Shown: positions 13,401 through 24,687 of the stretch, in pieces | How positions within the stretch are numbered: the first letter of the stretch is position 1 | Layout of the letters: each line of letters starts with the position of its first letter | Origin: Lingula anatina | Lineage: Eukaryota; Animalia; Brachiopoda | Assembly: GCA_051362555.1 (NCBI GenBank) | Contig: CM120642.1 | Location: 28,954,001 to 29,018,000 of the forward strand | Length of the DNA: 64,000 nucleotides | Reading direction: 5' to 3' | Notes under the pieces: generated by a model | What the model saw: the letters and a program-made list of their open reading frames with translations, nothing else | What the model was told of the DNA's origin: nothing | Databases searched by the model: none | Position numbers and translations under genes: made by a program

Positions 13401-15074
13401 ACGGCAAGTAAAATGTCTTAAGACTTATTGTCCAAAGACTTAAAAACATCTAATCAGGACCAAATAACATCAGGGATAGACGGAATAGCCCTTTCTATAA
13501 ATGACCCAATACACGCTACTTTGCCCTTGTCTAGACACCTTAATGACAGCCCAGTCGGTACCACGGGCATGGGAGGGGGTGTCAGCCAATATCTTGCTCA
13601 CGGAGGCTTGTTTTCACAATGAAAACAATAAAGAAAAGCAAGAAGCGAAATGAAAAAGAAATGGCACTGAAATCATGCATTGCTAGCAAGAATGGTGCCT
13701 AGGCGAATCTAACTAATCTAATCTAAGAGTACGACTCTGGACCTTCTTTTGGTTATTGATGACTTTGAGTCTTATCTTTTGACAAATTGGCGTAAATTCC
13801 GGCCATCTCCCGCACACTTACGAGTGCCCTTGATGTCGTGTGTTTCGTCAGGATTATGTATCCCTTTTCCGATTTTTTTTTTGTGAATTTCTAGGTGTGG
13901 CTCCCAGATAGGAGACTGGTTTAAAATTAACTGCATACCTGCCTAATTATTGAACCCATGTGGTTCTTTACTTTGTCAAAAGTTAAGAGTAATTAAAATA
14001 CACATCGTTTGCGAAGTATTGTGCCAACTATTGGAATGAACAAAATATAGCGTGAAAGTTAATGTATTTCCCACGATTTTCCCACGTATTCTCAAACGAT
14101 ACACGTGCTCTTGGCATTTTAACCTTACGTGTTATCGCTTCACAAAATGTACGCTTAAATTTAAAGAAGTTAAACGGAGCTACGCTAAATGCATAGGTCA
14201 GGTGAAAAAATCATTTATGAAAAGTATTTAGTGCTTGCTATCCGCGTTTTGATCAAGATTTAAAGATTTGCTCTGATGATTAATTATATGTTAAGAGGTG
14301 GGAGGGTGATGAATGAATATTATTTATATTTCGGCAGACAGCACACTTTTACTCTCTTTTTCCAATAAATAGACAAATGTTTTATTTTTTATTTAGTCGA
14401 ATTGACATTCAATTACTCACCTGTTTGTGTATGCCATGCACTGTGTGTACTGTATATACATATTATCACGTTTGACAGCGCTCGTAAGATTATAAACTGA
14501 ATTATACTATTGCATAATATCAGGGAAAGGGTTTGAGTCAAGTACTCTCAGTAATGTAGAAACAAAATAATTGGTATTTTTTTGGTCATTCTCCGTTAGT
14601 AGAGTCTGTATTGTTCTAGATACATAACATAAAGGCAACATACCCACGACCTTGAGCAACAAAGAGAGCAAAGGGAGTTCTATCCGTGCAAGATATCGCT
14701 AATAGGAGTTATCTTTTATCATGGCTTCACACATTATAACAGTAATAAAGCACACTCACAACGCTGTCTACCCTAATAACTGCGTAAGAGTAGGCGGAAT
14801 GACTGATAACCCGTTAGATCGTATGTTAATTATTTGAAACAATGATGTCTTCTCTCCAAAGAAAATTTGATGCCCGACCATAGACTCAATAGTTCACATT
14901 ATGTCAGATTGGCAGAATATATACAGGTGCTCGGCAAGAAAGATTTTACATGGGCCCTGTACATGTATAAAACTGGCCTGCTGCTGACTAAAATCCTCCC
15001 TACTAAATATACTTGTCCTTTGAAGAATAAAATAAGAAGTGGAATTGAAATGAACAGTGAGGTGTAACCTCACG

Positions 15075-15082
15075 TATATAAA
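15075..15082 (+). promoter_or_regulatory. TATA box of cluster gene 2
   Basis: TATATAAA about 185 bp upstream of ATG 15262. Confidence 0.6.
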
Positions 15083-15261
15083 TGCCAAAAACTTCTCCCA
15101 GGTGCCCGCCCCTTCTACGCCCTGTTTAGTGGTAACGTCCAACCTTGCATTATATCATTTCACCTCACACTTGCCAGAAGGAGAAGACAGAAACAAAAAA
15201 CAATATGGTGTGTTTCAATGCAGCCTGAAAAGACACAAAAAAAGGTGAAAAAAGGCAAGAC

Positions 15262-18200
15262 ATGGTGGTCTCATTGCAACTCGCTCTTCTCGTGGCATGC
15301 GCGATGTCAGCACGTGCGACGTTTCTTCCGGCCAGTCCTCCATTTAACCCTTATCCGGGGTTGAATGGTCCAGCACCGCCATCACAACTTGTTACAGAGA
15401 TTGACCTCGGCTTTTTCCCATTTTTTCCGACTGGTCCCCTAGACAATGATTTTGGGGCTTCGCCTGGAAATTTTAACAAGGTCCCAGGGGCCGTGTCTAG
15501 GAGGGTAAATACCGGTGCGGTCAATAGTGCTGGTTCAGGTCAGAAGTTGGGCTTATCACGGACAAGCACATTTGGAGCTTCTGCTGCTGGCAACGCCAAT
15601 ACGGTACCCAATGGCTTACCTCCAGTTTTTCCTAAAACAAGTGCTTCTTCTCAGAATGCATATACCGCAAGGTTCCTGGGAATGCAGAGATCTGGGACGG
15701 TAAGCAAACCCGATAGAAATCAGGCCAATCAAGCCAACATGGCAAATATGGGACGGTCCCCAGTTTTTCGTAGGGTCTCTGAGGTTCCGTTTATTAGCAA
15801 AGGAAGCGTTCCTGCTCAGCCTTTGGTGACAGGTGGAAAATCTATCACCATGCAGTATACAGGCAATACCAACCAGGGAAGTCTTCCTCCTATTACAGGT
15901 GCTACATCCCGAAGTAGCCAATATGGAGGCAACACCAACCAGGTGGTCTTTCCTATTCTTCCAGCCAGAAAACCCCCCCACCTCCAATATGGAGGCAACA
16001 CCAACCAGGTGGTCCTTCCTATTCTTCCAGCCAGAAAACCCCCAAACATCCAATATGGAGGCAAAACCAACCAGGGAAGTCTTCCTCCTAATACAGGTGC
16101 TACATCCCGAAGTAGCCAATATGGAGGCAACGCCAACCAGGTGGTCCTTCCTATCCTTCCAGCCAGAAAACCCCCCAACCTCCAATATGGAGGAACCGCC
16201 AACCAGGGAAGTCTTCCTCCTAATACAGGTGCTACATCCCGAAGTAGCCAATATGGAGGCAACGCCAACCTGGTGGTCCTTCCTATTCTTCCAGCCAGAA
16301 AACCCCCCAACCTCCAATATGGAGGCAACACCAACCAGGGAAGTCTTCCTCCTAATACAGGTGCTACATCCCGAAGTAGCCAATATGGAGGCAACGCCAA
16401 CCAGGTGGTCCTTCCTATCCTTCCAGCCAGAAAACCCCCCAACCTCCAATATGGAGGCACCGCCAACCAGGTGGTCCTTCCTATCCTTCCAGCCAGAAAA
16501 CCCCCCACCCTACAATATGGAGGCAACACCAACCAGGGAAGTGTTCCTCCTCTTACAGGTCGAAAGTCCCTAACAAGCCAGTATGGAGGCAACAACAACA
16601 AGGTGGCCCTTCCTTTTCTTCCAGCCGGAAACCCCCCAAACAGCCAATATGGAGGGAACACCAACCCGGGAAGTGTTCCTTCTCTTGCAGGTGCTAAATC
16701 TCCAACTAGCCAATATGGAGACAAAGCCAACCAGGTGCACATTCCTATTTTAACAGGTGGAAAATCCCCAACCAGTCAATACGGCGGCAACATAAACCAG
16801 GGTAGCGTTCCAGGCGGGAAACTCTCAACCATCCAATATGGCAGTAACTCCAACCAGGGTAATATTCCTATTTTGACAGGTGGGAAATCCTCAACCATCC
16901 AATATGGAGGCAACACTAAGCAAGGAAGCGTTCCTATTTTTGCAGGAGGAAAACCCTCCGCCATCCAGTATGGAGACACCATCAACCAGGGTAGCGTTCC
17001 TATACTTCCAGGCGGAAAACCCTCCACTAGCCAATATGGAAGCAACATCTACCAGGATAGCATTCCTATTCTTACAGGTGGAAAACCCTCCACAAGCCAA
17101 TATGGAGGCAACATCAACAAGGGAAGTGTTCCTCCTCTTACAAGTGCAAAATCCCCAATCAGCCAATATGGAGGCAACGGGAACCAGGTGCACGTTCCTA
17201 TTTTAACAGGTGGAAAATCATCAACCAGTCAATACGGCAGCAACAGCAATAGCAATAGCGTTTCTATTCTTCCAGGCGGAAAACCCTCCACTAGCCAATA
17301 TGGAGGCAACATCAACCAGGGTAGCGTTCCTATTCTAACAGGCGGAAAACCCTCAACTAGCCAATATGGAGGCAACCTCAACCAGGGTAGCGTTCCTACT
17401 CTTACAGGTGGAAAACCCTCCACAAGCCAATATGGAGGCAACATCAACAAGGGAAGTGTTCCTCCTCTTACAAGTGCAAAATCCCCAATCAGCCAATATG
17501 GAGGCAACGCGAACCAGGTGCACGTTCCTATTTTAACAGGTGGAAAATCATCAACCAGTCAATACGGCAGCAACATCAACCAGGGTAGCGTTCCTATTCT
17601 AACAGGCGGAAACCCCTCCACTAGCCAATATGGAGGCAACATCAACCAGGGTAGCGTTCCTACTCTTCCAGGCGTAAAACCCTCCACCAACCAATATGGA
17701 GGCAACATTAAGCAGGGTAGCGTTCCTATTTTTACAGGCGGAAAACCCTCCACTAGCCAATATGGAGGCAACATCAACCAGGGTAGTGTTCCTATTTTTA
17801 CAGGCGGAAAACCCTCTACTAGCCAATATGGAGGCAACAACCAACAGGGGAGCGTTCCTATTTTTACAGGCGGAAAACCCTCCACCAACCAATATGGAGG
17901 AAACACCAACCAGCATAGCGTTCCTATTTTAAAAGGCGGAAAACCTTCCATCAGCCAATATGGCAGCAACACCAATCAGGGAAGCGTTCCTATTTTTCCA
18001 GGCGTAAAACCCTCCACCAACCAATATGGAGGCAACATCAACCAGGGTGGCGTTCCTATTCCTCCGGGCGGAAAACCCTCCAGCAGCCAATATGGAGGCA
18101 TCAACAAAAAGGCAAGCGTTCCTGCTCTGTCTTTGCCGACAGCTGGAAAAGTCAGAAAGGTTTCAATTATAGACCAAGACAAGAAAAAATATGTAGCTTT

Positions 18201-20115
18201 GCCCCCCTTGGTGAAAGGTGGAAAACCCGTTAAGGTCCATAAAAGAGGCAGAACCAACCAGGGCCAAGTTGCTCTAGAGAGAAACAAGTCCAGCAGGTTA
18301 GTAGGTGGAAATAACGGCGAGACCCGGAAAAGAAGCAAGTCCAGCCAAAGGAAGACTTCTTCTTTGATGACAGATGGAAGAAACGGTCAAATCCGGAAAA
18401 GAGGAAAGACCAGCCAAGGCAAGATATCCAACCTGCCTTTAAAAAGCAGTAAGATCCAGAACAGAGGCAAAACCAACCAAAAAATGTATACCCCGCCTTT
18501 TGCGACAAAGGAAAAAAACAGGAACAGAGGAAAATCCAACCATGGAAGCATTTCAATTCTGACAGCTGGAAAACCCTCAACCATGCAATATGGAGGCAAC
18601 ACCAACCGGGGAGGCATTCCTGCTCTGTCTTTGGCGACAATTGGAAAAGTCAAAACGGTTTCGAAAAAAGACCAGGGCAAGAAGAATTATGTTCCTATAT
18701 TCCCCTTGGAGAGAGGCGGAAAACCCGTGAAGATCCAGAAAAGAGGCAGGACCAGCCAGGGTCAAGTTGCTATAGTTGCTGCTATAGAATCGTTAAAAAG
18801 CGCTAGTATCCAGAGGAAGGACAAGACTAGCACCTTAGAAAGAGAGATCCGGAAAAGAAGCAGGGCCAATCAAAGGAAGATTTCAGGCGGAAAATCCTCG
18901 AGTATCCAATATGGAAGCAACACCAACCAAGGAACTATCTTGACAAGTGGAAAACCCTCCGCCATTCAATACAACACCAACCAGGGAAATTACGGCGAGA
19001 CCCAGAAGAGAAGCAGTAGCAGTCAAAGAACGATTTCTATTTTGCATCTAGCGACAGGTGGAAAAGCAAGTAAAATCCATAACAGAGGCAAGACCAACGA
19101 AGGTAAGCAATATATCCCGTCTTCTGTGGCAGATAGAAATATCAGGAAGAGAAGCAAGCCCAACCAGGAAAAGGTCTCTATTCTGCATTTGTTGACAGGT
19201 GGAAAAAAGGATAGTAAGCAGGACAAGAACAACCAAAGGAGGGTGCCAACAGAGGGTGTGGCGAAAGGTGCACCGCATAGCAAGACCCTGCAGGTAGGCA
19301 AAACTAACAAGAAACAGATTCACGTGAAGACTGTCGCAGGAGGCCGCATAGTGGCATTCAAACGAGATGTGCCTGCAGCAAGTAAGCCACAGGCTCTTGA
19401 CACTTCTATTGTAAAAGTTAAATCAAAGGGATTGTCTTCAGTCATAGGAAGTGGTTCACAAAACGTAAATGCTTCTTATGGATCGTTGACTCTGCAAGGA
19501 GTGGCCAACCCAAATGTCAATGGAACATACCTGTTAATTGGCAGTTATGGATCTGACTCTAGCAAGGGTGTAAGTGTCCGATGGGTTCGTCATGACACAG
19601 TGTTTCCCTTCACCAGCTACTCCACTGGCAAAAACCCAAATTCTGACGGTCACCTAAAACCTCAGCCACCTGGCACTTCAGACCGGAGCTTCACACCGCA
19701 AAAACTTGTTACAATGTTAATGTTAAGAAGTGGTTCACAAAATGAAACTGCCTCTGACAAATCATTACACGTACCGCATGTCGCTAAACCGCATGTCAAT
19801 GAATCAAAATTGATGGCCGTTGTTAATGGATTGTTAAATGCCCAACGAATCGCTGTTCCGTATGTCAATGAATCAGGAATCAATGATGATGGTGATGAAG
19901 GTTCAGGTTATTCCGATGGCCCAGATACACCACTCACATATGTCACTGATGCCCCTGCAGTCGGCGTTGGGCACGAAGAGTCAGATTCATCCATTTCTGC
20001 TAAGACATCAGGGTTCGTGGAGAACATGATTCCAGGCACCCTGTATGCGTCCGGTAACAAGGCAGGAAGCATAATGTACAGGGTACCTCGGAATAGCGAG
20101 GAAAGAAGCCGTTAG
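15262..20115 (+). CDS. Cluster gene 2: 1617-aa single-exon secreted repetitive protein (21-aa QYGGN repeats, Lys/Arg-rich domain, unique C-terminus)
   Basis: Uninterrupted 4.85-kb ORF; signal peptide MVVSLQLALLVACAMSARA; roughly 35 repeats like SQYGGNINQGSVPILTGGKPST. Confidence 0.92.
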   Translation: MVVSLQLALLVACAMSARATFLPASPPFNPYPGLNGPAPPSQLVTEIDLGFFPFFPTGPLDNDFGASPGNFNKVPGAVSRRVNTGAVNSAGSGQKLGLSRTSTFGASAAGNANTVPNGLPPVFPKTSASSQNAYTARFLGMQRSGTVSKPDRNQANQANMANMGRSPVFRRVSEVPFISKGSVPAQPLVTGGKSITMQYTGNTNQGSLPPITGATSRSSQYGGNTNQVVFPILPARKPPHLQYGGNTNQVVLPILPARKPPNIQYGGKTNQGSLPPNTGATSRSSQYGGNANQVVLPILPARKPPNLQYGGTANQGSLPPNTGATSRSSQYGGNANLVVLPILPARKPPNLQYGGNTNQGSLPPNTGATSRSSQYGGNANQVVLPILPARKPPNLQYGGTANQVVLPILPARKPPTLQYGGNTNQGSVPPLTGRKSLTSQYGGNNNKVALPFLPAGNPPNSQYGGNTNPGSVPSLAGAKSPTSQYGDKANQVHIPILTGGKSPTSQYGGNINQGSVPGGKLSTIQYGSNSNQGNIPILTGGKSSTIQYGGNTKQGSVPIFAGGKPSAIQYGDTINQGSVPILPGGKPSTSQYGSNIYQDSIPILTGGKPSTSQYGGNINKGSVPPLTSAKSPISQYGGNGNQVHVPILTGGKSSTSQYGSNSNSNSVSILPGGKPSTSQYGGNINQGSVPILTGGKPSTSQYGGNLNQGSVPTLTGGKPSTSQYGGNINKGSVPPLTSAKSPISQYGGNANQVHVPILTGGKSSTSQYGSNINQGSVPILTGGNPSTSQYGGNINQGSVPTLPGVKPSTNQYGGNIKQGSVPIFTGGKPSTSQYGGNINQGSVPIFTGGKPSTSQYGGNNQQGSVPIFTGGKPSTNQYGGNTNQHSVPILKGGKPSISQYGSNTNQGSVPIFPGVKPSTNQYGGNINQGGVPIPPGGKPSSSQYGGINKKASVPALSLPTAGKVRKVSIIDQDKKKYVALPPLVKGGKPVKVHKRGRTNQGQVALERNKSSRLVGGNNGETRKRSKSSQRKTSSLMTDGRNGQIRKRGKTSQGKISNLPLKSSKIQNRGKTNQKMYTPPFATKEKNRNRGKSNHGSISILTAGKPSTMQYGGNTNRGGIPALSLATIGKVKTVSKKDQGKKNYVPIFPLERGGKPVKIQKRGRTSQGQVAIVAAIESLKSASIQRKDKTSTLEREIRKRSRANQRKISGGKSSSIQYGSNTNQGTILTSGKPSAIQYNTNQGNYGETQKRSSSSQRTISILHLATGGKASKIHNRGKTNEGKQYIPSSVADRNIRKRSKPNQEKVSILHLLTGGKKDSKQDKNNQRRVPTEGVAKGAPHSKTLQVGKTNKKQIHVKTVAGGRIVAFKRDVPAASKPQALDTSIVKVKSKGLSSVIGSGSQNVNASYGSLTLQGVANPNVNGTYLLIGSYGSDSSKGVSVRWVRHDTVFPFTSYSTGKNPNSDGHLKPQPPGTSDRSFTPQKLVTMLMLRSGSQNETASDKSLHVPHVAKPHVNESKLMAVVNGLLNAQRIAVPYVNESGINDDGDEGSGYSDGPDTPLTYVTDAPAVGVGHEESDSSISAKTSGFVENMIPGTLYASGNKAGSIMYRVPRNSEERSR
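15850..18110 (+). repeat. Coding tandem repeat, ~63-bp unit with higher-order structure
   Basis: agccaatatggaggcaac recurs every 60-63 bp. Confidence 0.95.
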
Positions 20116-22195
20116 CTCTGACCAAACCGTGCCCTCTGTGCCCGTGAATAGAACTTGATCAAACCTCATTGTAGCACCAGCTTTTACAACAGAATTTACC
20201 TCTGACTTTCTTTTTTTTTGTTCTTATTCATTTAAAATTTAAAATTTTCTCTCTTTTTGGGTTCATGTTTTCTTATTATCCAACGGGATTAGTGTAGTAA
20301 TTACCTTTGCCCTGTGCACGCGTTGTCCAACCTCGAGCCTATTTACGGCGGTGGTAATAAAGCTACGCCAAAAACACATTTACTTAGATTATTTTCTAAC
20401 GCAATGCGTTGGCAAAGCGGTATGACAATAGACGTCACCTCTACTGCATTCAGCATCAATTTTGCTGGGAAGATGGGTATTGTGTTAGAAAATACCTTAA
20501 GAATAAAAAAAATCCCGAGCATAAATCTAATATTAGGATCGTTTCTCTTAATCGATTTTAGTTAACAATTAAAAAATGAATAACATTACACTCTCTTTTA
20601 TCTGAAATAAAATGCCATAATTTTGAATGATGTCAGTTTATTTTTATTGGATGATTTGAATCAAGTAATGGATCGGTCGATGGTTTTGAATGAGAGAAAT
20701 CGTTTTAACCTTTCTTAACCTGCTGTCGAGCGCCTGCAATGACTTAAAAGGTATTTTCCTTCGAGTACGCTTTCCAAGCTCGTAGTTAAAACTTACTTCC
20801 TGCTCTTGCTTTTGCAGTTCTGACCACGTGCCACGTACACCGGGTGTGGGATAGGTGCGCGCACCCCCTCGACTTCTTAAAGCAAAATGCATACTTATAT
20901 CAAACTGAATTAATTAAGTCGAGGGCCGTGACCCATGTCAAGCGTTGCTTAATTTCAAGTGCACGATTTTGCCGTTATCTCCTCCGCATTGCTAATTTAT
21001 CTTTATATTTCTGAATCTTTAACCACCGCACCTTAGAGGTTTCAAACGTTTTCTAAATTTCATCTATCACCGTAATTTAATTCAAGCAGCCAAAGTTTTA
21101 AATATGGCAATATTACAAGATCTTAAAACTTTAAATGTCAAAAAATATGTTCGTGCGCACGTGTTTTATGCATTGCTAATTGACAGAAGATTGCTTCTTT
21201 TAAGTTACAATGTGGACCTATATTTCTCCTTTCTGTAAGCCCCCTTGAGACTGCAACAGACGCAACTGTTAACGGATAAGAATCTTATCAAGATTAGCCC
21301 CTCCCTCAAACATAGGTAGTACAGAACTGTCAAGTGTTTTAGCAATTGAGTAAAATCTACATTTTTTGGACCACATCTCATAGAGGGTTTGCGAAACCAT
21401 TATTGTAAAAAGAAATATAGAATCAATTATGAAAAATGTTACCATTTGAGCAATACGTAGTGACGCGTATATCTTAACTGTATCTTTTTAAAGGTAAATA
21501 CACAAATAAAGTCCTGTCATTGGACAGCGCACTTGTCGAAAAATAGCGTGCTTGATATAATTTTGCTACGAGGAAGTGCAGCGGTGGGTGGTTACTGTCA
21601 AGCATCACAATTAGACTATCGCACAGGAAAAAAAATATACTTTTATTTAGGAATGCAACAGATAAGAAGAAAATAACCCCCTTTTGGAGTCCACGCATAA
21701 ATTACAGCCCAAAAAGCGATAAGGAACCACCAATATTAGCGGGAATCGGAGACTGCCGTCTGCCTGGCGTTAATTTTCCATTAACTTGAAAAGATTTTGG
21801 TAAATGATTTCTTAAATGCTTTTTTATTTATCATTAAGCGACGAAATGGTTGCTATAGTCTAAAACACTTTTTATTCCTGCCCAAAACTGGGTGGTTTTT
21901 ATGGGGCTTGCATTTATTTGTCTAGGATGTGGACAAAGTTTTGATGGGAATACGGATAATTCAGGCATTAATTTTGAGAATACGAGAAATAGGGAGGCAT
22001 AAATTCAACCTGCACAGCCCCACCCATTAATACTTTCACGTTGTCTGATGCTCTCGGCTCTCACGCCTTGGACCTTTTTGCCAACCACGCATTAACTTAT
22101 TCCCACGCCGTATTCGATTAAACAATGTTACATACATTATCAAGGATATTGCATTTTATGTATGTTTCATCCCTGTCTTCAAGTATGCATTTGTA

Positions 22196-22231
<36 letters not shown>

Positions 22232-22237
22232 ACTATC

Positions 22238-22503
22238 TTTTTTTCAATTATTCTAACTCGTACTTAAACGAGAGCAACTGTTGTATAAAGCCAGAAAAGG
22301 TTTTTATATACACATGTACGTGAACGTGAGACACGATTGTTTTCTCTTTCTTCAACTCGTTAATTTTTTTTCAATTATTCTAATGCTTTGTACTTAAACG
22401 ACTTAAACGAGAGCAACTGTTGTATAAAGCCAGAAAAGGTTTTTATATACACATGTACGTGAACGTGAGACACGATTGTTTTCTCGTTCTTCAACTCGTT
22501 AAC
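22238..22503. repeat. Tandem direct duplication of ~130 bp, preceded by a poly(A) run
   Basis: tttttcaattattctaa...gagcaactgttgtataaagccagaaaagg...cttcaactcgttaa occurs twice, nearly identical; poly(A) at ~22197-22227. Confidence 0.9.
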
Positions 22504-23347
22504 TATGTATCTGGAATGCTTCCGTGGTAACGTTTTTTTTTTCGTCAGAGGGAGACAGTAGCACTTGCTGTGCCTCAATTATTGAAACTCTATTTCAAGA
22601 CGTGAAGTTGCCAAATTACTATCTGATTTTGTCCTAGTTGACAGGCATTTGCTCATCTTCAATGTACCCTTCGTTTCATGCCATGTCGGTATGCCAGCGG
22701 AGATATTAGCTTGGTGATCACCGATCAGATCTTGACTTCCTCGTATTGAGGATCACCTTAAACGTAAAAACTCTGCACGTTCTGTACTCTTTTGTCTCAG
22801 TTCACACTGTGGCGTCGTTTATGGGAACGCCCTAATTTTAGTGTCTCGTTAACAGGAAGCAGTCCGGGTCACACGCAATTGCCACTTGTCACAATGTCAC
22901 AATGTTTCTGAAATGATATGAGGGCAAAACCATCAGATTCATGACGTAAAGGGGGCATTAACAAATGGATGACATCATTAGACACGTTAAACATTTTATC
23001 ATCTGATAATACAAAAACTGATAGCCTGTTAAGGATGTAGGCTGAGGAAAGGGGATACAGAGAAAAAGATACTTTTGAAACAAATTTGGGAGAAGGGTCT
23101 TTATAAAGTTTTAGCCTTTTCCTTTCTCTTAGTTCATCAAAAGTCTTAATTTTCCTTCAGCCATCGTCTAAAATTAGTGCCACAAATGGCGGTACAAATG
23201 ACCTGCTTTCATGTATTGTTTTTGTCGTGTTAAGAGGGTAGAAGTTTTAAGTTTTTTTTCATAATTTTACATTTAATATGGAGATAATTGCATCCCTGTT
23301 TTATTACCTTTTTATTCCTGTCATCTGTCTCTTGGATAGCAACGCGA

Positions 23348-24687
23348 TTATCCCTTGTAGCCTGGGGCTCCGTAACCCAGGTAACCGTTCCCATAGTTAC
23401 CAGCCTTGATCCCGACGCCATAGTGTCCTCCTAGGTAGTAAGTTCGTGCATACGGCTCATACCCTCCGCCATATCCTAGGTCATGACCATAGCCATATTC
23501 GCCTTTGAGACCAGCTCCGTAGGGGCCGTACATACCGCCGTGTCCGCCCTTATATCCGGCGCCGTACGCTGAATGCGGGTACGGAGAGTACTTGTATTGC
23601 ATTGGCTGTTTGGTCTCGTAATGGCCGCCACCGTGCGCCCAGTAAGGGGGTGGGGCTCCGTAAAAGGGTTTTTGATAGGGCATGGGGGGAGAGGAGTGGA
23701 AATATTTCTTTGGTGGTAGAGGGGGAGGGGGGTAATAAGGTTGAGGTATGGGGATGATGGGAGCCGGCGTGACATTGTTATTATTATTATTGTTGTTGAC
23801 AGTTGGGAAATGTTTACCGTAGTCGATGAAATAACGAAATCTGCGATAACTGTGTTTTTTTGCTTCGTTGTCTTTGTATTCCGGGTCTAAGGGTTCCTTG
23901 TCTTTGTAACCGTACTTGAAGTAATCTGGATAGGAGTAGTCTATAGACTTAGATAGGCCGTACAGCGGGGGTGGGGCTACTGGAGGGCCGTAGTCAGGGT
24001 AGGAGTAGTCTGGTAAAGGACCTGCCGGCAAATGATAGGCAGTGGTCAGCGACATAATGGACAATGCGGACATCACCGCTGCCACAACCTTACTGGACAG
24101 TCCTGTAATTACATAAAGGTGAACATTTATTAATGCAGCTGACATGTTCACGTATCCAAGCAGACACAGGCACGCGCGCGAACGCACACACACACACACA
24201 CGCACACGCACACACACACACGCACGCACGCACGCACGAGGTCAAGTGAAAGCGACAGACAGGAATACTGTTTTCACTACCTGTATACATGCACTTAATT
24301 CATAATTTAATTAGAACTAAATTTTATGAAATCATAACATATCCACTAAAATTTTAGTCCTATAGCAGCCGAATCTTTAATAAGATTAATTGATAAGAAT
24401 ATCCTAGGAACCATCAAACTAACTTGTTTAATGGATGCTAGATTGAACCAATTATTTCACCGATCTGAAAATGCATTAATATGAGCCAAAAGAATGATAT
24501 GCTTCTAATTTGACATACTCTATTATGGGCCACAATGAAAGACAATGAAAAAGACATCAAAATCAATAAAGATTAAATAGAAGAAAATCAACATTTTGGT
24601 TCTTTGAATACGTAGAAAAAGAAATGTTAAAATTCAACGTTTTAAGAACGCTGGATAATTACCAAGGGTTCCCATGCCGGCGACCAT
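23348..24687 (-). CDS. Cluster gene 3: secreted 259-aa Tyr/Pro/Gly-rich protein ending GYKG* (exons 24687-24663 and 24102-23348)
   Basis: Exon 1 MVAGMGTL-G|gtaatt joins ttacag|GA-LSSKVVAAVMSALSIMSLTTA in phase 1, giving a signal peptide; YSYPDY repeats, poly-Asn, poly-Pro and a GYG-rich tail follow. Confidence 0.85.

Noticed and set aside
15515-19883. Many overlapping ORFs (PPYW-, MEAT- and VASIL-repeat translations) inside gene 2
   Set aside because: Shadow frames of a stop-poor coding repeat; no independent signal peptide or promoter.
24103-24229. CVCVRV-rich N-terminus of the 293-aa ORF
   Set aside because: Translation of an intronic (GT)n microsatellite; the real start is in exon 24687-24663.
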